NCBI RefSeq assembly: GCF_004010195.1
Contig: NC_057718.1
Location: 803,608-840,577 of the forward strand
Length of the DNA: 36,970 nucleotides
Source: Chiloscyllium plagiosum
Lineage: Eukaryota
Direction: 5' to 3'
The notes under the pieces were generated by a model. That model worked only from the letters and a program-made list of their open reading frames with translations. It was not told the origin of the DNA and made no database searches. Both the position numbers and the translations under genes were made by a program. Shown here one piece after another: positions 22,801 through 34,439 of the stretch. The number at the start of each line of letters is the position of its first letter. The first letter of the stretch is position 1.

Positions 22801-23032
22801 GATCTCCTTATATTTTTTTCTCCCTAATTTGTTTTTTTCTCTATAAAGGAACAAAAAAAACCCTAAAAACACAAAACTAAAAAAGAAAATCAGAAGGCAA
22901 ATGTCTCCTTATTCAAGGAGACCCTCTTCCTCCTTACAGTTACACTGGCTGTGGCCATTCAGCTCAGAGTCAGTCACCCAAACCAAGGAGATTATAATCT
23001 GGTTATATTCTTTTCTCCCTAATCTGGTTATA

Positions 23033-23367
23033 CCTTTTTAAAATTTTTTTTTCTTTTTTCCCTTCTCTGGTTATGTCTTTTTATAATCCCTACACTACTG
23101 CCAAACAGCGGTAGTGCTTATTTTGCCCAGCACCCTTGTTGCGTGCGTACAGGTATAAGTCACAGTGAATGAACAAGTGCATAAATCCTTATTCATGTCC
23201 CACCACCAGAAAGAAAGGAAAACACCCGAGCGGCCAGTGACAAGCAGAGCTCTGCCCAACAAAGGGCGATGTTGAGTGATCAAAAAGTGAAACAGGGGGG
23301 TGGGGTGCAGGGATTAAATCAAAATAGAGTTGGAGGGGGAAATAAAGCACTCCACATCCCATGGCGC
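23033..23367 (-). mobile_element. Unclassified retroposed insert with an A-rich tail and 16-bp TSD
   Basis: CCCTAATCTGGTTATA at 23017-23032 and 23368-23383; T-rich run at the left end. Family not recognised (possibly an L1/Tx1 3' end). Confidence 0.6.
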
Positions 23368-23429
23368 CCCTAATCTGGTTATAAATATTTCATTCATTTT
23401 GAGTCTGTTGCAGTATTTGTTACGTGATC

Positions 23430-23743
23430 ATAGAATCCCTCCAGTGTGGGGACAGGCCATTTGGCCCAACCAGTCTACACCGGCCCTTCAAAGGGTATAC
23501 CACCCAGATCCATTCCCCTACCGCTCTATATTTCCCCTGACTCCTACACCTAGCCTACACACCCCTGGACACTATGGGCAAATGAGCATGGCCAATTCAC
23601 CTGACCTGCACATCTTTAGACTGTGGGAGGAAACCCATGCAGACACGGGGAGAATGCGCAAACTCCACACAGACAGTCACCCAAGGCTGGAGCCAAACCC
23701 AGGTCCCTGGCGCTGTGAGGTAACAGTGCTAACCACTGAGCCA
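23430..23743 (-). mobile_element. HE1-like V-SINE
   Basis: Reverse complement of 18127-18448. Confidence 0.88.
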
Positions 23744-24011
23744 CCCTAATCTGGTTTTTAATTTAACAAAGATGATTAGACTTTTATCCAGAATATTAAC
23801 ACCAATAACATAGCTGGCAATACATCAACTGGAACAGACTCCAATGAACATGCTTTAGTCCTGGATGTGATTAGCACCAAAATCCCATCACGGTAGTGCC
23901 TTATGAACTCGCTGGTGTCTCAGCAGGGTGGATGAATGAATGGAACCCCTCCCACATTTAGAACAGGTAAATGCTCTCTCCCCACTATGTATTCGGTGGT
24001 GTGTCAGGATT

Positions 24012-24244
24012 CATAGAGTCATAGAGATGTACAGCGTGGAAACAGACCCTTCGGTCCAACCCGTCCATGCCGACCAGATATCCCAACCCAATCTAGTCCC
24101 ACCTGTCAGCACCCGGCCCATATCCCTCCAAACCCTTCCTATTCATATACCCATCCAAATGCCTCTTAAATGCTGCAATTGTACCAGCCTCCACCACATC
24201 CTCTGGCAGATCATTCCATACATGTACCACCCTCTGCGTGAAAA
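24012..24244 (-). mobile_element. CR1 3' end running into a gap
   Basis: Closely similar to 14007-14232; FTQRVVHVWNDLPE. Confidence 0.88.
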
Positions 24245-24931
24245 NNNNNNNNNNNNNNNNNNNNNNNNNNNNNNNNNNNNNNNNNNNNNNNNNNNNNNNN
24301 NNNNNNNNNNNNNNNNNNNNNNNNNNNNNNNNNNNNNNNNNNNNNNNNNNNNNNNNNNNNNNNNNNNNNNNNNNNNNNNNNNNNNNNNNNNNNNNNNNNN
24401 NNNNNNNNNNNNNNNNNNNNNNNNNNNNNNNNNNNNNNNNNNNNNNNNNNNNNNNNNNNNNNNNNNNNNNNNNNNNNNNNNNNNNNNNNNNNNNNNNNNN
24501 NNNNNNNNNNNNNNNNNNNNNNNNNNNNNNNNNNNNNNNNNNNNNNNNNNNNNNNNNNNNNNNNNNNNNNNNNNNNNNNNNNNNNNNNNNNNNNNNNNNN
24601 NNNNNNNNNNNNNNNNNNNNNNNNNNNNNNNNNNNNNNNNNNNNNNNNNNNNNNNNNNNNNNNNNNNNNNNNNNNNNNNNNNNNNNNNNNNNNNNNNNNN
24701 NNNNNNNNNNNNNNNNNNNNNNNNNNNNNNNNNNNNNNNNNNNNNNNNNNNNNNNNNNNNNNNNNNNNNNNNNNNNNNNNNNNNNNNNNNNNNNNNNNNN
24801 NNNNNNNNNNNNNNNNNNNNNNNNNNNNNNNNNNNNNNNNNNNNNNNNNNNNNNNNNNNNNNNNNNNNNNNNNNNNNNNNNNNNNNNNNNNNNNNNNNNN
24901 NNNNNNNNNNNNNNNNNNNNNNNNNNNNNNN

Positions 24932-25126
24932 GTGGGTTTCCTCCGGGTGCTCCGGTTTCCTCCCACAGTCCAAAAATGTGCAGGTCAGGTGAATTGGCCA
25001 TGCTAAATTGCCCATAGTGTTAGGTAGGGGGTAAATGTAGGGGTATGGGTGGGTTGCGCTTCGGCGGGTCGGTGTAGACTTGTTGGGCCGAAGGGCCTGT
25101 TTCCACACTGTAATGTAATCTAATCT
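24932..25126 (+). mobile_element. HE1-like SINE 3' half
   Basis: Matches 18236-18448 with a (taatc)n tail. Confidence 0.85.
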
Positions 25127-26157
25127 AAAAAACCTAGGTGGTTCCAAACACCCGACTGCCCCCAGTCTGAGGATGGAGGCCTGGTCTTTCTCTTGTAGCC
25201 TTTCTTGTGATGTTTTTGCCCCAGCTCCAGTGCCTCTGACTCTGACACAGGCAGCATATAGCAGACCATGGCCCATCGCCTGCATCCAAAGAATCTAGGG
25301 AGAGCTTCCTCCTCTTTTTCCGGTGGTAACAGTATCAATGTTTAGTCATAGTGTAGGTTAGGTGGATTCACCTTGGTAGATATGGAGCTACAGGGATAGG
25401 GTAGAGGGCTAGGTCTAGATAGGATGCTCTTCAGAGGGTCAGTGTGGACATGATGGGCTGAATGGCTTGCATCCACATTGTTTGGATTCTATTCTGTTCT
25501 TTCTAGCATGATTTAACAATCACATATGTGATGCATGTGCAGAGATGTGGAACTGATGAGATGAGAGTTAATGTACTATTCTGTGAATGACCAATAGGTT
25601 ACTTTATGACCATGTTTACTGGGTAATTTGCACAACTTGTAACTGTGAGTTATAATGCAGACAAACCTTTTTAAAATTTAGGGAATATATGAACAATAGG
25701 ACCCTGGGAAGTGCTGAGGATCATAGGGGCCTTAATGTGTCTTGGTACCTTTAAGGTAGCAGGACAGATACCTGTACATTAAATAGTTATGAACACATAT
25801 GGGATACTTGCCTTTATTGGTTGAGGGGTGAGGGCTAAGAGCAGAGGGCTTATACTGGAACTATATAAAATGTTAAATAGTGAGGCCACTTGAGGGGGGG
25901 TCATAATTGAGATGTACAAAAATTATGAGGGGCATTGATACGGTAGACAGGAAGAAACCTTACCCCTTGATGGAGTGATCAATGACCAGGGCATAGATGC
26001 AAAGTAAAGGGTAGGAGGTTAAAACAGGATGTGAGGAAAATCTTTTTCACCCAGAGGGTTGTGGGAATTTGGAATCCACTGCCTGTAAGTGGCAGAGCCA
26101 GAAACCTTCATTACGTTTAAGAAGTATTTATGTGATGTCAAGGTATACAAAGCTATA

Positions 26158-26375
26158 AAGTTAAAAATCACACCACACCAGGTTATAGTCCAACAGGTTT
26201 AATTGGAAGCACTAGCTTTCAGAGCTCCTCTCTGAATCAGGACAACCACCTGATGAAGGAGCGACACTCCGAAAGCTAGTGTGCTTCCAATTAAACCTGT
26301 TGGACTACAACCTGGTGTGGTGTGATTTTTAATTTTGTACACCCCAGTCCAACACCGGCATCTCTGAATCATAAC
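26158..26375. mobile_element. Palindromic Penelope-derived mini-element
   Basis: About 60-bp inverted arms (26161-26220 / 26271-26332) with hammerhead cores. Imperfect 12-bp TSD tacaaagctata (26146-26157) / tacaaggctaca (26376-26387). Confidence 0.8.
26247..26281 (+). ncRNA. Minimal type I hammerhead ribozyme motif (best preserved copy)
   Basis: cac-CTGATGA-a-ggag-cgaca-ctcc-GAA-AGCT-A-gtg: stem I cac/gtg, stem II ggag/ctcc, palindromic AGCT stem III. Confidence 0.72.
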
Positions 26376-26610
26376 TACAAGGCTACAGGCTAAGTGCTGG
26401 GAAATGGGGTTAGAATGGTTAGAAGGTAGTTTTTGACCACTGCCGATGGGCCAAAGAGCCTGGTTCCGTGCTGTATAGTGCAGAGGCTGTAAAAAGGGGA
26501 ATATTTGGAGAAATACAATTGGTTTGGTGTAGTCATGTGACTTCTCCTCTGCTGTGAGTGCAACCTATGGGAGCTATTAAACAGACATCACTTGAAACAA
26601 TACTTCTTAC

Positions 26611-26751
26611 CATCTTAGCCTCATATCGCAGGATGATCTTGTCCATTTCCAGTATTTTGCGGACGTCCTTCTTTGGTGGTTTGGGGATGAACGATAAACA
26701 ATTCCCCAGTGAATCCTCCACTGATCCAAATCCATTGTATGGAGGAACCCA
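26611..26751 (-). CDS. EFHC1: EFHC1-like exon, 141 nt
   Basis: WVPPYNGFGSVEDSLGNCLSFIPKPPKKDVRKILEMDKIILRYEAKM contains the EFHC hallmark PPYNGFG.EDS..NC. Acceptor ctctAG, donor ATG|GTaaga; phase 0/0. Confidence 0.95.
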
Positions 26752-26839
26752 CTAGAGCCAATGGGAACAGAGTATTACAACACAACTACCATAAGAACAG
26801 GGTATTTAGCACAGCAGCCAATGAGAACAGGCCATAATA

Positions 26840-26960
26840 TGGATGTGCAAATGTTGGACTGGGGTGGACAAGGTCAGAGGTCACATGACACCAGGTTATA
26901 GTCCAAACAGGTTTATTTGAAATCACAAGCTTTTGGAGCACTGCCCCTTCACCACTTCAC
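26840..26960 (-). mobile_element. Single-arm copy of the same mini-element family
   Basis: tgttggactggggtggacaagg...caccaggttatagtcc is shared with 26158-26375 and 31010-31286. Confidence 0.7.
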
Positions 26961-27129
26961 TTCATGAATGAGAACAGGAGAAAGGGAGAGGCCAATGATT
27001 GGGTATGATCAGACTCGGAGGTTGATTAGACTCTAAAACAAGATGGTGGTTATATCAGTGAACATAAAACATCACGATAATTGCAATAATTACAGTAGAC
27101 TAGATTGAGTGTAATTTAGGTAAATCAGT

Positions 27130-27990
27130 ACTTTACCCAGAAGGTGTGTCTCGAACCCAGGATGGTGAGGAGGGAGGAAGTAAATGGGCAGGTGTTATTC
27201 CTTCTGGGATACCAGGGGAAGTGCTGTGGAGGTTTGGGGATGTACTGGGAGTGGAGGAGGGTTGGATCAGGGTGTCCCGGTGGGAACGGTCCCTAAGGAT
27301 GGCTGACAAGGGAGAGGAGAGGAATATGTATCTGGTAGTGGCATTCTGCTGGAGGTGGCGGAAGTGTGCCTTATGATCTTTTGGATGCGGATGCTGTTGA
27401 AGTGGTGCTTGAGGACCATGAGACCCTGTCGGTGTTGTGGGTGAGAAGACAGGAGGTGAGGGGTCAGACACAGCTTGTTTACTACAGTGATTGGGAATCC
27501 TGGATTGAGGAAGAAGGTGGACATTTCAGAGGCCCCCTTGTGGATGTTGGTATCATCAGAATAGATGTGATGGGTTTGGACAAACTGGGAGAATGGAATA
27601 GATTCTTTACAGGAAAGCAGTGTGTGAGGATGTATGGTCAAGCTAACTGGAGGAGTCAATGGGTTTGTAGGGATATTGGTGGCCCGCTTATCACTAGAAA
27701 TGGAAACAGAGGTGTTGAGGAAGGGAAGGGAGGAGTCAAGTGAAGGTGAGCGCAGGGTGGAAGTTGGAAGTGAAATTGATCATTTTTCCAAGCCTGGACA
27801 AGAGAGGGAAGGAGCACTGATGATGTCATCGATGTAGCAGAGGAAGAGTTGTGGGGAGGGACCTGAGTAGGACTGGAACAAGGAATGTTCCGCAAGCCCC
27901 ACAAAGGGCCAGCCATAACTGGGCCCATGTGGGTACCCATGGCCACACTTTCACCTGAAGAAAGTGAGAGGTGTTAAAGGGGAAGTTGTT
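27130..27990 (-). mobile_element. Decayed Penelope-like element RT fragment
   Basis: VAMGTHMGP, YIDD and KESIPFSQF; homologous to 5311-5683. Confidence 0.8.
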
Positions 27991-27994
27991 ACAT

Positions 27995-29590
27995 TGCAGT
28001 ACGTCCCAACAGTGAGCGTGAGGTAGAAGAACAAATAGGTAAACAGATTATGGAAGGATGTCGAGGCAACAGGGTAGTGGTGATGGGAGATTTTAATTTA
28101 CCCAACATTGACTGGGATACACTTAGAGTCAGAGGTCTGGATGGGGTAGAGTTTGTAAGGAGCGTCCAGGTGAGTTTTCCGGAGCTGTATGTCAATAGCC
28201 CGACGAGGGAAGGGGCCATATTGGACCTGGTACTGGGGAATAAGCCAGGCCAGGTGGTAGAAGTTGTGGTGGGGGATTTCTTTGGGAACAGTGACCACAA
28301 TTCTGTAAGTTTTAGAATATTCGTAGACAAAGATGAGAGTGGTCCTCAGGGAAGAGTACTAAACTGGGCCAAGGCCAATTATATCAAAATTAGGCAGGAG
28401 CTGGGAAATGTGGATTGGACACAACTATTTGAAGGGAAGTCCACATCTGATATGTGGGAGGCTTTCAACGATAAGTTGAAGATAGTGCAGGATAGGCATG
28501 TCTCTTTGAAAACAAGGGAAAGGTATGGTAAGATTCATGAACCGTGGATGACAGGAGAAATCGAGCAAATAGCCAAGGGGAAAAGGGAAGCGTACATAAG
28601 GTCCAGGTAGCTAAGAACAGGACGTGCCTTGGAGGAATATCAGGAGAGTTGGACCATTGTTAAACGAGGAATCAAGCGGGTAAAAGGGGACATGAAATAG
28701 CTTTAACGAGCAGAATTAAGGAGAACCCCAAAGCATTTTATTTTTATATAAGAAGCAAGAAGGTAACTAGAGAAAGGATTGGTCCACTAAAGAGATCTGG
28801 GTGTTCTTGTATACCAGTCAATGAAGGTAAGCATGCAGGTACAGCAGGTAGTGAAGAAGGCTAATAGCATGCTGGCCTTCATAACAAGAGGGATTGAGTA
28901 TAGAAGCAAAGAGGTTCTTCTGCAGCTGTACAGGGCCCTGGTGAGACCGCACCTGGAATATTGTGTGCAGTTCTGGTCTCCAAATTTGAGGAAAGACATT
29001 CTGGCTATTGAGGGAGTGCAGCGTAGGTTCACAAGGTCAATTCCCGGAATGGCGGGACTACCTTATGCTGAAAGACTGGAGCAACTGGTCTTGTATACCC
29101 TTGAGTTTAGAAGACTGAGAGGGGATCTGATTGAGACGTATAAGATTATTAAAGGATTGGACATTCTGGAGACAGGAAAAATGTTTCCGCTATGGGTGAG
29201 AGCCGAACCAGAGGACACAGCTTAAAAATACAGGGTAGACCATTTAGGACAGAGCTCAGGAGAAACTTCTTCACCCAGAGAGTGGTGGCTGTGTGGAATG
29301 CTCTGCCCCAGAGGGCAGTGGAGGCCCACTCTCTGGATTCATTTAAGAAAGAGTTGGATAGAGCTCTCAAGGATAGTGGAATCAAGGGTTATGGAGATAA
29401 GGCAGGAACAGGATACTGATTAAGGATGATCAGCCATGATCATAATGAATGGTGGTGCAGGCTCGAAGGGCAGAATGGCCTACTCCTGCACCTATTGTCT
29501 ATTGTCTATAAAGGATAAGGAAGGAAGGCTGTGTGTCAAACCTGAGAGAATGGGTGAGATTCTGAATGATTACTTTGCAACAGTGTTCAG
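27995..29590 (+). mobile_element. CR1 ORF2 endonuclease fragment with a nested CR1 3' end
   Basis: VVMGDFNLP, PTREGAILDLVL and NSDHN (APE endonuclease). The host resumes at 29509 after the nested insert. Confidence 0.88.
28793..29508 (+). mobile_element. 5'-truncated CR1 inserted in another CR1
   Basis: LVRPHLEYCVQFWSP, RRLRGDLIETYK; (tattgtc)n tail; 5-bp TSD TAAAG at 28788-28792 / 29509-29513. Confidence 0.88.
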
Positions 29591-31009
29591 TTTAAGATGT
29601 GTCTGGACAGATGCATGAGTAGGTGGGGAGCAGAGGGATACAGATGCTTAGGGATTGGGCGATAGGTTTAGAGAGTGGATTTGAATCGGCTCAGGTTTGG
29701 AGGGCTGTAAATTTTCTTTTTTCTTTGTTCAGAGTGAGGATGAGCCTGGCCGGGCAGAGGAGGGTGAGGGGAGATGAAGATGGTTTAGGCCAGATAGGAG
29801 CAGAGAGCCCTGACACTATCCTGGTGTGTAAAGGAATTGCATGTCTGTATTGATGAGGTGGTGGCTGGTGTCGGCAAACTGGAAATTCTGAAGTTGATTT
29901 AAAATGCCAGAAGAATTGTGGATGTAAGTGGGAAGAGGTTGGCCAAAGAGAAAGAAAATCAAGTTGAGGCAGGCAGTGACAAGCTGCACTGGGTATATTG
30001 TCAGAGCATCAGCATTTGCTGTTCTTTGTTTTATTCAAGAGTCAGTTGGCAAAGATTTAGGTAGACAGTGACCATTGTATGACCAAGGTTGATGTTGATT
30101 ATGAAGAAGAACAAGAGCAAATCCTGAGTGAAATCATTACTTGGGGGAGGGCTGATCTTAATGGTATAAAAGACTGAACAATGGGCTGCCTCTGAAGAGG
30201 TGACAGTTTGGGGTACTGTCAAGGCAAATGCCTAAAGTTCCCTGGATAAAGCAGAAGAAAGTTGTACATAACAGATATTGGATGGCTAAAACAGTTGGAT
30301 GGCTGATGTCATCTCAACCTCAACTCCCCTTTCCTGCCCACTCCCTGTAACCTCTCAAACTGTTACTCATTAAAACTCTGCCTATCTCCTCCTTAAACTT
30401 ACTCAAAGTCCCAGCATCCTCAACACTCTAGGGCAGCGAATTCCACAGATTTGTGATCCATTGAGAGGAATAATTTCTCCTCATTTCCATTTTAAAACTG
30501 CTTCCCCTTATCGTAAGACAATGGCTTCTCCTTCTATATTGCCACACATGAGGAAACACCCTCTCTACATCTACTTTGTCAACCTCGTTTAGCATCTTAT
30601 ATACCTCAATTAAATTTTCTCTCATTTTTCTAAACTCCATAGTGTTCCGTCTAAAACTGCTCACTCTCTGCCCAAGACAAATCCCTCATCTCTGGAAACA
30701 AGGTAGTGAACCTCCTCTGAACTGCCTCTTAATATAATCACATCCCTCGCCAAGTCAGGGGACTATGATTGTAACCAATGCTCCAGGTGCAGTCTCACTA
30801 TTGCCTTGTACAGTTGCAGAAACACTTCCCAACTTTTACACTCTATTCCTTTAGCAATAAATGCCAATGTTCCATTTACCTTCCTTATTACCTGCTCTAA
30901 TTGCATACTTTCTGTGGTTCACCAAATCCTTCTACATCAAAACCATCTGCAGTTTCTCTCCATTTAGATAATAGGTTGCCTTTTCATTTCTCTGATCAAA
31001 ACAGTTAAT

Positions 31010-31286
31010 GATGTGGAGGAGCTGGTGTTGGACTGGGGTGGACAAGGTTAAAAATCACCCAACACCAGGTTATAGTCCAACAGGTTTATTTGGAAGCACT
31101 AGCTTTCTGAGCACTGCTCCTTCACCAGGTAACTAGTAGGGCAGGATAAGTAAACATAGAACTTATAGTAAAAGTTGTATCATACTTTGATCTTTTACTA
31201 TAAATTCTGTATCTTATGATCCTGCCCCACTAGCCCCACCTGATGATGGAGAAGCACTCTGAAAGTTTGAACTTCCAAATTAAACA
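31010..31286. mobile_element. Second palindromic Penelope-derived mini-element
   Basis: Inverted arms at about 31084-31175 / 31192-31285; degenerate hammerhead cores on both strands (31097-31131 minus, 31237-31271 plus). Confidence 0.75.
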
Positions 31287-31327
31287 GATAGCCTCACAGT
31301 TAACCACATTAAACTCCACCTGCCAAC

Positions 31328-31428
31328 GTTCTGAGGAAGGGTCAATGGATCCAAAACGTTAACTCTGATTTCTGTCCACAGAGGCTGCCAGACCTGCTGA
31401 GCTTGTTCAGCAATTTCTGTTTTTGTTC
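31328..31428 (+). mobile_element. Penelope-derived terminal fragment with a degenerate hammerhead
   Basis: gtt-CTGAGGA-a-gggtc-aatg-gatcc-AAAACGTT-aac; same family as 4276-4311. Confidence 0.6.
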
Positions 31429-31982
31429 CATTTGCCAAATTTGGCCCATTCACCGAATCTATCGCTGTTCTTTTGTCAAGTTATTTTTTCTTCATTGCAA
31501 CTTCATTTCCCATCTATTTTAGTGCCATTTGAAAATTTGGCTCTAGCACCTTATCTCCCGGCTGAGAAATCATGAATATCGATTGTAAATAGTTGGGGCC
31601 TGAGGGTCAAACCCTGTGGCACCTCACTAGTTACGACATACCAAGGGAAAAAGACCCATTTATCCCAGCTATCTGGCCAAAATCTTCCAATGGTGTGAGA
31701 TATGGTGAGGCAATGACCATCTCCAACAACAGGCAACCTAAACATCACCAATTAACATTCAATGTTGTCACTATTACTGAATTCCATACTATCAAACATC
31801 CTGGATATTACTGTTGATTAGATACTGAACTGGACTAACCTTTTAGATATTGTGGCTACAGACTAACATCCTGACTCCCCAAAACCTGTCCACCAGCAAC
31901 AGGGCACAATCCAGGAATACTGGGTGAGCCCTTAATCACAGGTTCCTGGGAATACATGAATTCAATTAAAAAAACTGCAAAC

Positions 31983-32203
31983 CTTTTTCTCTGGTGGTGC
32001 AGGTTTCTTGATGACATCAACGGGATGAAGCTCCACCCCCCTAATGTTCTGGTAAAAGTAATTCTTTGTGAACTCATCACAGTCATAGATGAAGAATTCA
32101 CGGTCAAGAAGAGTGACAGATTGACCAACAATGAAATCCCGTGGACCACACCATTCCTTCACCTCCTGGTCAGACATCTCCATTGAGATCGACGGGAAGG
32201 TTG
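31983..32203 (-). CDS. EFHC1: EFHC1-like exon (end of DM10 domain 2 and linker), 221 nt
   Basis: Translates TFPSISMEMSDQEVKEWCGPRDFIVGQSVTLLDREFFIYDCDEFTKNYF...PPEKK, resembling vertebrate EFHC1 ([38 protein letters not shown], from memory). Acceptor tctgtAG, donor AAG|GTttgc; phase 1 in, phase 0 out. Upstream exons lie outside the window or in the gap. Confidence 0.92.
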
Positions 32204-32269
32204 CTACAGAGGCAGGGACAGAAAAACAATGTGTGAGAGGGAGGTAATGACCATCAATGGGACTCAGAG

Positions 32270-33224
32270 CTATATCCCCAGTGAGAGTCAGTGCCTGGGG
32301 AACACCATACCCCAGTGAAAGTTAGTAAGTATATGACCAAAACCCAGTGAGAGTCGGTGTGTGTGGGACTGTACCTCAGTGAGAATCAGTGTGTGGGGGA
32401 CTATACCCCAGTGAGAGTCGGTGTGTGTGGGACTGTACCTCAGTGAGAATCAGTGTGTGTGGGGCTGTACCCCAGTGAGTGTCAGTGTGTGGGGGACTAT
32501 ACCCCAGTGAGAATCAGTGTGTGTGGGGCTGTACCCCAGTGAGTGTCAGTGTGTGTGGGACTGTACCCCAGTGAGTGTCAGTGTGGGTGGGACTATACCC
32601 CATTGAGGGTCAGTGTGTGTGGGGCTGTACATCAGTAAGAGTCAGTGTGTGTGGGACTGTACCCCAGTGAGAGTCAGTATGTGTGTGGGACTGTACCCCA
32701 GTGAGTGTCAGTGGGTGTGTGGGACTGTACCCCAGTGAGTGTCAGTGTGTGTGGGACTGTATCCCAGTGAGAATCAGTGCGTGTGGGACTATACCGCAGT
32801 GAGAGTCAGTGTGTGTGGGACTGTACCCCAGTGAGAATCAGTGCGTGTGGGACTATACCCCAGTGAGAGTCAGTGTGTGTGTGGGACTGTACCCCAGTGA
32901 GTGTCAGTGTGTGTGGGACTGTACGGCAGTGAGTGTCAGTGTGTGTGGGACTGTGCCCCAGTGAGAGTCCGTGTGTGTGGGATTTTACCCCAGTGAGAGT
33001 CAGTGTGTGTGGGACTGTACCCCAGTGAGAATCAGTGTATGTGGCACTGTACCCCAGTGAGTGTCAGTGTGTGTGGGACTGTACCCCAGTGAGAATCAGT
33101 GTGTGAGTGACTATACCCCAGTGAGAGTCAGTGTGTGTGGGACTATACCCCAGTGAGAGTCAGTGTGTGTGTGGCACTGTACCCCAGTGAGAATCAGTGT
33201 GTGTGGGACTATACCCCAGTGAGA
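32270..33224 (+). repeat. Minisatellite, about 28-30 bp unit gtgtgtgtgggactgtaccccagtgagagtca
   Basis: More than 30 tandem copies running into the gap at 33225-33724. Confidence 0.97.
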
Positions 33225-33724
33225 NNNNNNNNNNNNNNNNNNNNNNNNNNNNNNNNNNNNNNNNNNNNNNNNNNNNNNNNNNNNNNNNNNNNNNNNNNNN
33301 NNNNNNNNNNNNNNNNNNNNNNNNNNNNNNNNNNNNNNNNNNNNNNNNNNNNNNNNNNNNNNNNNNNNNNNNNNNNNNNNNNNNNNNNNNNNNNNNNNNN
33401 NNNNNNNNNNNNNNNNNNNNNNNNNNNNNNNNNNNNNNNNNNNNNNNNNNNNNNNNNNNNNNNNNNNNNNNNNNNNNNNNNNNNNNNNNNNNNNNNNNNN
33501 NNNNNNNNNNNNNNNNNNNNNNNNNNNNNNNNNNNNNNNNNNNNNNNNNNNNNNNNNNNNNNNNNNNNNNNNNNNNNNNNNNNNNNNNNNNNNNNNNNNN
33601 NNNNNNNNNNNNNNNNNNNNNNNNNNNNNNNNNNNNNNNNNNNNNNNNNNNNNNNNNNNNNNNNNNNNNNNNNNNNNNNNNNNNNNNNNNNNNNNNNNNN
33701 NNNNNNNNNNNNNNNNNNNNNNNN

Positions 33725-34018
33725 GTGAGGGAGAGTGTGTGTCAAAGGGTAGTTTATAAGAGGGTTGGAAATTTAAACAGTCGAGTTATATGTTGACTGA
33801 TCATAACTGTTTTCTTGTAGCTAGAGTCTAATAACATTTAATAAGTAGTAATTCCTGTAAAGTAAAGAAAGCTGGTCCATTTCTTTCGTTTAAGCTGAGT
33901 CTAAAAGCCTGGGAAATTGGGGCTTTCTACGCATTGTGTGAAATCTTTTAGTTTTTGTGATGACTGTGGGGATCGTGGGTGTTTGTTTCCGGGGCGATAC
34001 TCCAGTCAGAGGTAACAG
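33725..34018 (+). mobile_element. Possible LTR 3' portion
   Basis: T-rich LTR-like composition ending GGTAACA; left end hidden in the gap. Confidence 0.25.
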
Positions 34019-34439
34019 CAATCATTCTAAAAGGAATGGGATCTGCTGATGAAGTGGTAATGTCCCTTTTTCAGGAATAAAGGTACAAATCCCACTATGA
34101 CATACGTGTGTCATAAAATTGCCAAACAAATTATACATCATTCAGAAGGGAGTTCAGGAAAAGGGGATGTGTGAGCAGGAGTAAAACATCAAGATGCCTC
34201 CCAGAGGACCATAGGATTGTTTTCTCATTAGAGAGCGAGAGAACTGATGCTGAGTTTACCTTAAGGGTCACTGCACCTCAGGTGAGGGAGGTGATTAAAG
34301 CAGGATCTTCGTGGTGATCTCGGTCAGTGCAGGAATGGAACACGTGCTGTTGGCACCACTCTGTCTCTCAAACCAGTTGTCTGCCCAACTGAGCTAACTG
34401 ATGTGCCCTAACCAATATCACAACCAAGTCAACCATTTG

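Larger units (their letters stand above)
25660..26480 (+). mobile_element. Old CR1 3' fragment interrupted by the palindromic element
   Basis: RGVIIEMYK and FFTQRVVGIWNPLP remnants plus a CR1-type tail. Confidence 0.7.
30310..31690 (-). mobile_element. Old CR1 fragment with nested mini-elements
   Basis: MRENLIEVYKML...LWNSLP and VTSEVPQGLTLRPQLFTI. Confidence 0.72.

Noticed and set aside
19568..22846. Many long Cys/Val/Pro-rich ORFs, some with C..C and H patterns resembling zinc fingers
   Set aside because: They are translations of the minisatellite, which lacks stops in several frames; variable (CA)n lengths shift frame constantly.
23090..23130. Short resemblance to U4 snRNA (GGCAGTAGTGTAG on minus)
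   Set aside because: Too short, and the flanks do not continue the similarity.
16670..32203. EFHC2 assignment
   Set aside because: Sequence and exon sizes resemble EFHC1 more closely as I recall them; orthology versus an EFHC1 paralog remains untested.
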